The notes under the pieces were generated by a model. That model made no database searches and had not been told where the DNA came from. It worked only from the letters and a program-made list of their open reading frames with translations. Positions 22,307-32,800 of a DNA stretch of 64,000 nucleotides are shown here, piece by piece (position 1 is the first letter of the stretch; each line of letters begins with the position of its first letter). Location: contig CAJINV010000003.1 of the NCBI GenBank assembly GCA_905178155.1, forward strand, positions 10,611,890-10,675,889, written 5' to 3'. This DNA comes from Amoebophrya sp. A120. Taxonomy: Eukaryota; Protista; Dinoflagellata. Position numbers and translations under genes: made by a program.

Positions 22307-23938
22307 ATGATGAACATGATGGCGCGACCATCTACTTCATTATCTCGTAGCAGTTGTACTACGAGGGGCGCCTGGCCGCGGCCGCGGTGGTCTTCTCTGG
22401 TACAGCGTGCGCTCATACTTGCTGAAATAGCTGCATGCTTCATCTACCTGGACCTGGACGATTCCTCTACCTCTACAGGCAAGCTGTTGCGAAAGCAAAA
22501 GGACGAGGGCGACGACATCATATTCACCCAGGTCGTCGTCCATGATCAACTTGATGCATTGGCGACACGGCCGGCGCTTGAGAAGGTGAAGCTGTTGAGG
22601 ACCCTCCACCGTCGCGTAAAAAACAGAGACTCTATTGCCACCGGCGGCGACGGCACTGCAGCATCGGCAGAGGGGAAGCAGCTGCTCTGTGCGCTGCGTG
22701 ACTCGGTCCAGTTTACGTGTCCGCCGTGGGAGAAGAAGATGAAAGAAGGAGGAGCGACGTCGCGAATTCGAGCGATGAATGCCACGCAGGAGCAGCCGGG
22801 CGGCCAGGACGATGCAGCAACAACTTCCTCACTCACGGCTAAGAGTAGGAGACTATCATTTTCCTCACCAGAAGAAGAATCCCTTCCAGCGGAAGCACAA
22901 GGAGCCCCCGACCCCGAGCAAGAAGACGCCTCTACTTTCTACCGTCCGCCCCTGTTGGGGAAAAGCTGCGCGATCGTGTCGAACAGTGGCGCCATGCTTT
23001 TGCACTCCTACGGAGACGAAATTGACGCGCACGACTTCGTACTGCGCATGAACAGAGCACCAACGCGAGGCTTCGAAAAACACGTCGGGAGGAGGGAAAG
23101 CGTTCGCGCGGGGTGGGACAGCACGGAATTCTTGAAAACGTTCTGCACTGAGCAGCAAGCTGCGGCACTACTTCTAGCGACGGGAAGAACTACAAGTGGC
23201 GTCGCGGATGAACATCAAGAACAAACAGTGGCACAAGCTGAAAACTTGAACTGCAACAGCGGTAGTGGAGGTGGTGAGCCGTCGCGCGAAACCGTGTACG
23301 TCCCTGAAGGGTTGATTCCGGATCCCGAATGCACGCAAATAATGCAGAACGAAAACAACGACCAGGTCCAGACCAAGCTGGCAACAGCCGCAGCTGCCCG
23401 CCCAGAGTTGTCAGAGCACACTGTTGCTTCTGTTTCCGAGCAAGAGAAGAGACGAGGGAACATCAGCTGCTCAACGCGACCTCCTATAGTACCGTTCATG
23501 AAGACTTGGCAGAACGTCAACGCAGATGGTGATTCGATCACTCGCTTCTTCCAGGAACTGTATGGCGCCTCTGAGGCGGATCCTCAGGCTAAGCAGACTG
23601 GTGGTGGAACGACGTCCGGGGCGAACTACGGCGTCATGTTGCTCGGTTACTGTGACCACGTCGATCTTTACGAGATGTCTCCGTCGCAAGCGGCCCTGAC
23701 GGAGCAGAATCACTACTACTCCTTCTTCGGTGGCGAGTTCCACGACGAGCGGCCAAGTATGGAGAACGAACCCTGGGGCCAGGGGGCCTTGACGAACAGC
23801 TACCACCCGTGGGTCCGCGCGGAGCACGATTTCTTCCGTCGGGTGGCAATTACGCCAGCGGAGGAAAGCCTGCGAACGGGCAAACTGCGCATCCAGGGGC
23901 TCATGACACTCACGGAGGAGGACTGCTCACCACACTGA
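22307..23938 (+). CDS. GT29 sialyltransferase, ST6Gal-like, intronless type II membrane protein (543 aa)
   Basis: N-terminal TM ([14 protein letters not shown]); L-sialylmotif CAIVSNSG...[26 protein letters not shown]; S-motif [26 protein letters not shown]; motif III HYY; VS motif HPWVRAEH. Confidence 0.92.
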   Translation: MMNMMARPSTSLSRSSCTTRGAWPRPRWSSLVQRALILAEIAACFIYLDLDDSSTSTGKLLRKQKDEGDDIIFTQVVVHDQLDALATRPALEKVKLLRTLHRRVKNRDSIATGGDGTAASAEGKQLLCALRDSVQFTCPPWEKKMKEGGATSRIRAMNATQEQPGGQDDAATTSSLTAKSRRLSFSSPEEESLPAEAQGAPDPEQEDASTFYRPPLLGKSCAIVSNSGAMLLHSYGDEIDAHDFVLRMNRAPTRGFEKHVGRRESVRAGWDSTEFLKTFCTEQQAAALLLATGRTTSGVADEHQEQTVAQAENLNCNSGSGGGEPSRETVYVPEGLIPDPECTQIMQNENNDQVQTKLATAAAARPELSEHTVASVSEQEKRRGNISCSTRPPIVPFMKTWQNVNADGDSITRFFQELYGASEADPQAKQTGGGTTSGANYGVMLLGYCDHVDLYEMSPSQAALTEQNHYYSFFGGEFHDERPSMENEPWGQGALTNSYHPWVRAEHDFFRRVAITPAEESLRTGKLRIQGLMTLTEEDCSPH

Positions 23939-23991
23939 AAATAGATAACGTTGCACTTTGTTCTCAAAGCAACTCATACTCAACTCAACGC

Positions 23992-25086
23992 TGCAGAAGA
24001 ATGCCCTCAACATCAACTACACACGTGACTGCTCCACCTCGTGTTTGTTTTGGCAGAGTGGTTGTGTATTGATTTCTGTTGCTTTTCGATGCAAATGCTC
24101 GAGCCGCAGAGGTTGTTTATGAATCGAGAAGATGCAGAGAAAGCATTTTCGTCATTATAGGTTTAGAACAATATACAGGAAAAAAGGACTTATCTCGATG
24201 CTATAGATCTCAACTATAATCATTTGTCTGTGTCGGGCAAGTGTGTAGAGGCTTCTCGGGTGCAGCTGACAAATGATACTGTATCGCATGACCCACGGGC
24301 AAGCGCACAGCATTGTTTTCTTCGTAAGCAGTTCGAGAGCAGTTTCTGGCTCACCTTGGTAGCTAATACAGTACCGAAGAAACTTGCGCCATATTGTTTT
24401 CTTCGTAATTAATCAAACTTGAAATCAAGAACGATGAGCAACGCAAAGGCGCGTAGTAGTTTTACAAGTTGACACAGTGGTTAGATTTTCCTAATAAAGG
24501 CACGATGGCGCAAGGGGCGTGCATTGGAAGAGAGAAGACAGAGGGAGGCTACGAGCGCCCCTCCTCTGTCTCATCGATCCGGCACGTCGACCCGACGAGA
24601 GGTGATGTTGGCTTTCAGAAATAATCTGCAGACGCATAGATTTGGCTTATGCAGCATAATTTACGAAATCAATTTCCATTTTTTTTGGACAGGCATAAAA
24701 CAGAGCTGCTACCCGACAAGAAGCTGAAGCGTTGACTAGCTCTCTTTCTGATTCTTGCTGCGCGTCTTCTGTAGCGCCGCCCTAGTTTTTTACCTGCTCG
24801 CGAGTCGCCCGAGAGGTGTGAAAAGTGTTGCTTCATCCAAGTTTTCTTTCGCTCACGCTGGTCGTGTTGGTGTTCCCACACGGCGCGGTCTTTTCTATCG
24901 ACAAGATAATTTTCGAGCAGTATTTCATTCTGATTCGACGAGAGCGAAAACGAAAGGGTAGGCGAGAGCTTGTTGTAATACATAAAGAAAAGAGATATTG
25001 ATGGTAGCTGCGGTTGAGAATGAGATAGAGTGAAAAATCATGGCGCTTGTGATTTCGTTGTTTATCTTTGTTTTCACAGACTTTGA
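23992..25086 (+). repeat. Long direct repeat, right copy (~1.1 kb)
   Basis: Homologous to 21004-22214; paralogous spurious ORFs 21889-22080 and 24755-24961 show the similarity. Confidence 0.9.
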
Positions 25087-27019
25087 CTTTCACTTTCTTG
25101 CGGACGGACGCATGGAGGATGAAAGTGTACATAATAGGAATCGTGGCACAGTGCCGGAGTCGGAGCCCCTTGGTCAGACGCTTAAAAATTATAGACAGGC
25201 GTGGAGTAATATCAGTGTTTGACAACCTGGTGGAAAACTACGACTAGGCTTGAGTATGAGTAACGTGGACGCCTGTCCTGACTTCCAAAAGCCTGTTCTT
25301 GGATTCTGATTTCGCATCGTGTGGCTTCTGTTCCGCGACGAGCATCGGCCGAGTATTTGTACTCTTGTACTTACATGTCGAGTGACCACGACGTAGCAAA
25401 CAACAGGATCGCCTAGCATGGTCGATCGCGGTCCTCGGTGTTATATGAACATCAACATCGTCGCATTGTAAAAATAAAAGGCTTTTAATGCCATAGTTTA
25501 TTTATATTTATCTGTTGCTTGGCTTTTGCAGTGTTGCGCTCGGGCTCGGAGCCTTCACCAATAACCTTAACTATGTATCAGTATCAGTTTTAGGATCACG
25601 AAGAGCTCCCGACAAGGCACAGGCGAGCTTCAAGAATGTGAATGAGTGGACTGTAATATCAAAAGATGAACAGTACTATAACTTTTCGTGTTGAGTACAT
25701 GAAATTCAAATATTAGTTGTTTCAAATAATGGTTGGACTTCCGAGCAGCAGCACGGACCTAGCGAGCGGGTTCTTTGGCGATCTCCTATCTTATGGATGT
25801 GTCAGGCGGGATATCGTTAAAAAGAGGAACCTAATTTGTAACTCAAAAAATTGACTCCGCTTGGGCTCACAATGTCTTTGCTGGGCATGACGAGACATTT
25901 CCCAGTCCCAGAAGCTCGAAAAAGTCGAAGCGAGTCTTTCAAGTTGATGCTGTTGTCTACGGCAAAGAACAAGATGAAGCGCCTTTTCGGTCATGCTGGC
26001 CAGCAGCCCAATGCTGAAGCCTGAATAGGATCAGGATGATATCCTCACGATGATGGGCCTACTTGTAAATAAAAAGTACGCTGCCCCACAATTGATTCAG
26101 TTACGTAGTCACTTTGCGGTCGCAGACGCAGACCTTCATAGATATATCATTTACCGTCGCCCACCAGTTGCCTGATCATGCTTCCATTGCGTCGCATTTC
26201 ATCCGCGACTCGGTCACCAGACCATCATCTGCGGAAGTCTGCTAATAGCAGTTGGCTTACGGTTTAAGTATCAGTTTTCGATCTAATTCTATTAAGTGAT
26301 ATCACAAATGATCCTTTCCAGTCTACTGTGTCTTACTGTCTTCCGATCTCCCACATGACTTTTGTTCCATATGTGGTTCCTCGACAACGTCCGCAATGGC
26401 GTTCCCGCTAGTGCCGCGAGTTCTTTATGGAGGGGACGACGAAGTATAAGTGAGTGACCTGAATAAGGGTGCTGCAGCTAGCCTTAAAGAAAATGACGGA
26501 CTCCTGTCATGCCGATTTGCCTTATGAGGATGACGATGAACTGCACAAGGCACGAAGACAAGCCGCGATTTAGATTTTCATTGGGATGTGTACAGGTACA
26601 TGCTATTTGTATAAAATTATTGGATTTCTGCGAAAGCAAAAGAATTGGCCGGCAGACCGCTTCAATGACTTCAGACACAGACAACTACGAGTACTATAAA
26701 AAACGAAATCAGTCAGAGACTAGAAGTTGTCTCAAAAATGAAATAAGAACACACGTATGACAGACAACCACAACAGGAGCTTTTGATACTATTCTCCTAT
26801 TCTTAGCAGTGACCTACTCAGACTTCTATTTTTGAAGATTTTGCATTGGGATATAAAAATATTGCTAGCGGCTGCAGTACTTAAATGCAGAAACACATCG
26901 CGAAGAATCGACCCCCTCAATAAATATCTATAATTGCTGCGACAACAAGTCCTGCGCCCCGACCACATGGACCTTTTTCACTACTTCTACCTGGGCCCGG
27001 AGCAAGATCTTCCTGCAGT

Positions 27020-28929
27020 GTGGATGGTCCTACGTCGGCTTTTGTCGCGAGCATAAGTCGCCCGCAGTCGGTACAGTTTTCAGCCGCGCCATTCGCCAGA
27101 AGCGCAGCTAGTGCAAGAATAGCTACAGATTCATCCTTCCAAGAAATCAGACAGCGCCCCCGACGTAGTCAACCTCAACATGATCCCAATGCTTCGGCTT
27201 CAGCTTCAACGAGCTTCGCTGAGGGAGAGGACGGCGACGCAAAACCCACGACCGTGATGGAAACCCCGGAAGGCGAGACCACAAGCACAACTGCGCCTGA
27301 AAATGGCGACGCCGACGCAAACGAAAACCAACCTGCAGAAGATCCCGCGGATACCGGTGAGTCGCAATCAAATGACGCTGGGGAAGACAGCACTAGCAAG
27401 AAGCCCAACGAAAGCAATGTCGGAGCTGTCACAGAACAAGATGAAACAGGTGGTGCCGACAGCAAGACCGTGACTGAAGGAGAAGATGAAGGCACAGGAG
27501 ACACCAGCGCGGCCAAAAATGACGCACCAGATTCAGGTGCGGTCGCTGGCGCGCCGGTGGCCGAAGACGAAAGCACAAACGGCAAAGCGGGGGATGATTC
27601 CGCCGCAGGACCCGCTCCGGCCGCGGAGAACGAGCACGCGGGGAACAAGGATGAAGACGCAGCGGAAAAAGTCGCGGAAGCAGAGGAGGCAAAGGCAGAA
27701 GCGGGGGAAGAGAACGAGGCCGAAGAAGCGGGGGATGGGGCGGGGGAACAAGACGAGAACACAGGTGGAGATGCAGAGGACGATGCTGCAGCAGAAGAGG
27801 CTAACGAGGACACCAACGCCAACGATGACGCGGAGGCGGAACCAAACGACGAAGGCAAGAGCGACGCATCCCTACCGGCGCAGAGCACACGGCGGGCCCG
27901 CATGACCAACGGGATGAAGCAGAACGGCGATGACGCCACAGCGGTAGATCCGAAGTCCGCACCACCCCTGCGTCGAAATCCGGACTTTGGCGCAGCATAT
28001 CAGAGTGTCTGTTGGGGAATCATAATCAACAAAATAAACGGAAGTAATTTGCGATGCTTACTACCAACAGTTTGCCTTTGCGTTTCCACGAAGTGACGCA
28101 TGACAAATGCTGCTCATTTCAAGGCTCTACTTGACATCGTTCTTAATAGCGCAGATCTCCGCAGCAAGAGCAACCCTCTCCATAGTGATGACCCTCATCA
28201 GGCTTAGCCAGTCGCCCTGCTCTCTACTTGCCTTCTATAATGAAAGGCAGGCCATCCGTATCAGGGTCCCCGAGCATTTTACGCATTTCAACTTTCCGTT
28301 TGTATTTTGTAAATTTCCCATGAGGCAGCACTTCGATACATCAATAGGGATGGAAAATGTAGAAAAGTTTCATACCTATAAAGTACTAGCTAGCACGGCC
28401 GGGCACTGTTATGAGCACGATTGCGGCCGTTCTTCGCATTTTTTGGCGTCCCCACTAGCACGGTCGGACCGTGCTAGAAAAGCAGCCGGCCGCGTGCTTG
28501 TAGTGCCTATGTGAGCGAAAAAGTGAATATATATCCAAAAAATGGGCCGCATATTTCGAAGCCGCAAAATATGCGGCCCATTTTTGGGATATATATCCAC
28601 TTTTTCGCTCACATAGGCACTACAAGCACGCGGCTGGCTGCTTTTCTAGCACGGTCCGACCGTGCTAGTGGGGACACCAAAAAATGCAAAGAATGGTCGA
28701 TATGGTGCTCATAGCAGTGCCTGACCGTGCTAGCTAGTACTTTATAGGTATGAAACATTTTGCAGTTTTCCATTGATATACATCAATCAAAAAGTTCAAA
28801 TGGATCGAACCCAAACTACCAGAGTGCTCCCGGCACGTGAAAGAATGCCCCGCCGCAGCAGCGAACAGTGGCGAGGAGCCGCCAGCAGAGCTACGAGCTG
28901 AGAAGCGGCCAGAGGAAGAGGCACAGTGA
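27020..28929 (+). CDS. Highly acidic (E/D/A-rich) low-complexity protein; 5' end unresolved; last intron ~28005/28007-28822/28824
   Basis: Long acidic ORF 27020-28096. An 818-nt GT-AG intron joins it to a compositionally similar last exon (CSRHVKECPAAAANSGEEPPAELRAEKRPEEEAQ*). Confidence 0.65.
28346..28777. mobile_element. 432-bp foldback/MITE (Mutator-like) with 10-bp TSD ATACATCAAT, inside an intron
   Basis: Two 211-bp colinear inverted arms (28346-28556 / 28567-28777) with a 10-nt loop; ATACATCAAT at 28336-28345 and 28778-28787. Confidence 0.92.
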
Positions 28930-29867
28930 GGAGCACTTCTAGGAGAAAATGAATTGTATACAGCTCTGCTCATCTCGGAGGTGCACTACGAAAGTGTCAG
29001 TGTACGATGAAGAACAAAGCAAACTTGAAACAAGCTGCTCGCACTGCTTTCTATACAAAGAAGACAGAGAATAACTGATCGTCCTTGTGCTTGTGTCTTC
29101 CATTCCCGGGAGCGTCGACGAAATGGAAATGTGCTCTGCTGTTCTTATGGCTTTTGATTTTGCAGTCAGCGGCCCGCATTGACGCCTGCGAGTTGCACTG
29201 CCGGGAATGTTGGAAATTGTGCGACCAGCAGGTCGCCTGTAATTGGTGTAAGAACATGGGGATACTAGTGATGCTATTCCTGTTGGAGAAGTTCAAGTTT
29301 GTCAAGGTGCTTCTCTCACCCACGGAGTGTTGGCACCGCTAGTTGTAACTGCAGCCTGCCGTGTGAGTGTTGCGAAGTCGATGAAGAGTTGTACTATCAT
29401 CTATGGAGGAGCTGCCTGAGCCTGGCTCGTACAGAATATGTAGAGTTGAGTTGCGGAGATGTTGAGCTGGTACTGATATATCTCGTGTCGTTCGTGTGAC
29501 CTATTCGATACGACTGTGCCATGCGACGCGCTGAACCTTCGTCCGATCTGATATTACTATCACCATTCCTAGAACTACTTATCAGGTTCGGCGGATTGCA
29601 ACGACATTCAAACTAACAGTGCATGGCTCGTCTCTTGCTCGGAAGGAGTCATCTTGAAATTGCTGTTTGCTCGATAGGCAACACTCAAACTCAAAATGAC
29701 GAATTTTTACCATATGTAGTCAAGATCGACAAGAGGGGGAACGTGCCACCCGCTTAAAGGAGGGGAAAATAAACCTCTCGCCCAAGTCCAACGAACTTCA
29801 GAGAAGTGCGACCCGCCGGCGATATCAACTGGCGAAACTCCTGCTCCGTAGTTCAAGTTCTATTTAG

Positions 29868-32800
29868 GTCGGGAGGCCGTCGGGCCGGCGACATACATTC
29901 GCTCTCCGGCTACCTATCGCTATTCCCTGCGATGAACTGATAAGTTTGAATTTCGCGGAAAACCGAAAGCAAATAAAAGTATCTGTCCCCGCAACCATGG
30001 TGGTGCAGACGCAGTCGCACCGATCTCCGGAGCTCGAGGAAGAGCAGAAGAATGCGCCAGGCGACGAGTCCGCGAGTAGTACCCGGGCTGGGATCATGAA
30101 GGAAAAGCAGAACAACAAGATTGGCGGCGCACACGAGCTGCCGCCGATGCCGCAACTGGAAAGTTTCCCGAGCCCGGAAGAAGTGAAGCACAAGGCGGTG
30201 TTGGACCTTCTCAACGACCACGTGATGTATGATTTGCGAAAAGAGCAAAAGGCGCAACTGCAGGAGATTCTCGGACGAATTCAAGTGGAAATCAAAAGCA
30301 GCCTCGAAACGGAAACGGCAGCTGACGCCGGTGCTGGTCTGTCGCTCGAAAATGATCTGAAATTTCCCGCCCTTCACGACCGGTCAAAATTTCAAGACTT
30401 GGAAGCGTTGGCAAACCGGGATTTCAACATCGATCTGCGCAAAGACGAGGCAGATGTCGTGCTGGAAAATTATGAGTCACGTCTGACGCAGCGGGTTTTT
30501 GAGAAGGTCACGCCGGAGAATTGGGAGCGGATCTCCGCCCTCGAAAATCACAATGAGGCTCTAGTGGACCGTATCCATTTGTGTACAACAAGTGGCATGA
30601 TAGTAGTACCCACCCCATCAATTTGCCATGCAAGTTTTCTTGCCCAGCAGAACGATCAGACGCAGACACCCGCAACGACCGCATGAGATGATGCGACGTT
30701 TGCTTTGCATTTATATTCCAGCGGTGCACAACTACCAAAGTCAAAGAACAAAGAACGCGATCTCCCTCATTAACTGCTGGAACGGGTTGTGTTGCGTCGT
30801 TCGAGATGCCTGGCTGTCAATGCAATCCAGACAGTGCAGACGCTGGGCCTTGAGGATCTTGCTAGCGCTCCTTGGGCTGTCCTTTTAAAAAGGCAGTCTC
30901 TGCCGGCACACCTTGGCAGCTTTTGCAATTGCCGAAGAACTCTGCGCGAAGTTCTTGCATTGCGCAACAGCCAGCAAAATTGATCGTCTTTTGTGGCAGA
31001 TTTAGGGGTGGCCCTCTGACCGTGGGTACGTTTTTACCAAGCATAGACCGAATGGAGACCATGGAGAATCACCTCCTGGACCGGAGTAAGCAACTCAGTC
31101 AGTGCCGGTACTCCTATTTCCTAGAGATAACCCACCTGCGCAACCAGGTGTATCTACAGGGACTGAACCCCGAAGAATTCGACCCTCACGAGTGCTACTT
31201 TTTCGACCCCCTGGACAGCCTAGAGGAGGAGTTGCGAGAAATGTTGAACCAAAAAATCAAGGACAGCGTACAACTATAATATCTTTTTCTTTTGGTTTTA
31301 ACGTTGTATCTGCAACTGCTATTTCTCATTCTCCGTCTTCTCGAGAACAAACCTTTTCATCAGCACTTTATCCACAGTAAGGTAGAATAAGCAGTTCGCT
31401 GGCCTAGGAGCTTCTGTCGTGAAAATGTTTATATCCTTTCTCAAATTTCGTTGGTTCGTCATTGGTTTCTAGTGATTGCGAAAAGTTCGACGAGCAGGAC
31501 CTCGGTCGATGCAGCTCTCACAGCAAGCAGAAGTACGTACTCATGCAAGATGACATGAAGTGTATTTGTATTATGCTCCAAGCGATCAACAGCAACATGA
31601 ACATCGTCATCGGCTGAGCACCACTATTATTGCTTTTGCTACAGGTTCGCGTATATTATGGGAAGTGGAAAAAAGCAGAGGCCCGAGCGAACGAGCTGCA
31701 GGATCGGTTAGACAATTTGATGGCCACGCTGTCACCGGAGCAGATGACGCGCAAGCCACGGCCCGTGCGGGAGGAGTTGGAGTGGTTGGCTGACTATCCA
31801 GTGTAACGGAAGGAGTATCGTGCTCGTACTGATCGAAGTCATAATGTACTTAAGTATTCATGGCAAGAAACCTATTTCGTGATCGCGAGGATAACTATAG
31901 GTAAGTCTCCTGAATACGCATTTGCATATACAAAAACTACAACAAATTTTGATCTTCTTCCTCATGCTCAGCAAGTTTGTCACACGATTTCTAGTACGTA
32001 GTGCGATGCTTTTGCAATGCATACTGCCTTTTACGGGGCAAATGCTGTTATTAAGGGTATGGCAGAGAGCTTTCCAGATGATATGCTCTCTTGGGCGAAG
32101 AAGGTAAATAAGATTGTGATCATCATTGTCTTCATCGAGGTTGGTATTTATGTGTCCCCGTAGTTGTCGGCTGCACTTCTCTATGTATTTTTAGTAGTCC
32201 TGATGCTTCGTTCTAGGTTCTAGTGCCAGTACTTACGTCGGTGGCACTTCTTTCTACCACTGGTTTTTTCCGTACAGGGACATACAGGGACATTTTTCGA
32301 ATACGCTTACGCTCCTACTCGAGGCGGAGGCTTCATCCATCCAGGACCAGGAGTTCTCGTTATCTTGCATCTGGCTGTGCGCAGCACGTGCACGTGTTTA
32401 TATCCATGTCTGTAAAGAAAGACGCACTAGCGGAAGTATGGTGAGCTGCTGCAACCTCAAGCGTGGACAGGAACAATGTTTGCATCGCCGCTCGTGCGAA
32501 TTTTAAAACTCTACTCACCGTATAAGAACTACATTAACATTTACATTTAGACAAGGATCTGTTTGTGCTTCGACGGGCACAAAAATTGTGGCTTCGGACA
32601 CATGAAAGTGATTTTTTCTTTGCAGGCACTCGGCATGGAAGGTGGCCAAGACGCAAAGTTGGCAGAACTCCAGCGGCTGCTCGAGGAGGCACAAGAGGCA
32701 TTGGCTGCGGAAAAAAGAACAAGTGCAGACTTACGAGCCGAGCTTGCGCAGGCCAAGGGCGACTTGGAGCGAGCGGCCGCAGAGCTTGAGTCAGCCCAAA

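Noticed and set aside
21549-25225. Paired ORFs within the long direct repeats as genes or LTR retrotransposon parts
   Set aside because: Copies differ by frame-breaking indels; no gag/pol, PBS, TG...CA pair or TSD seen.
28409-28714. Mirror-image 67-aa ORFs on both strands
   Set aside because: Artefact of the palindromic element.
29921-29929. TATTCCCTG match to the family A TIR (also near 55176)
   Set aside because: No partner TIR or TSD; the 29921 match lies in open coding frame, so it is probably chance.
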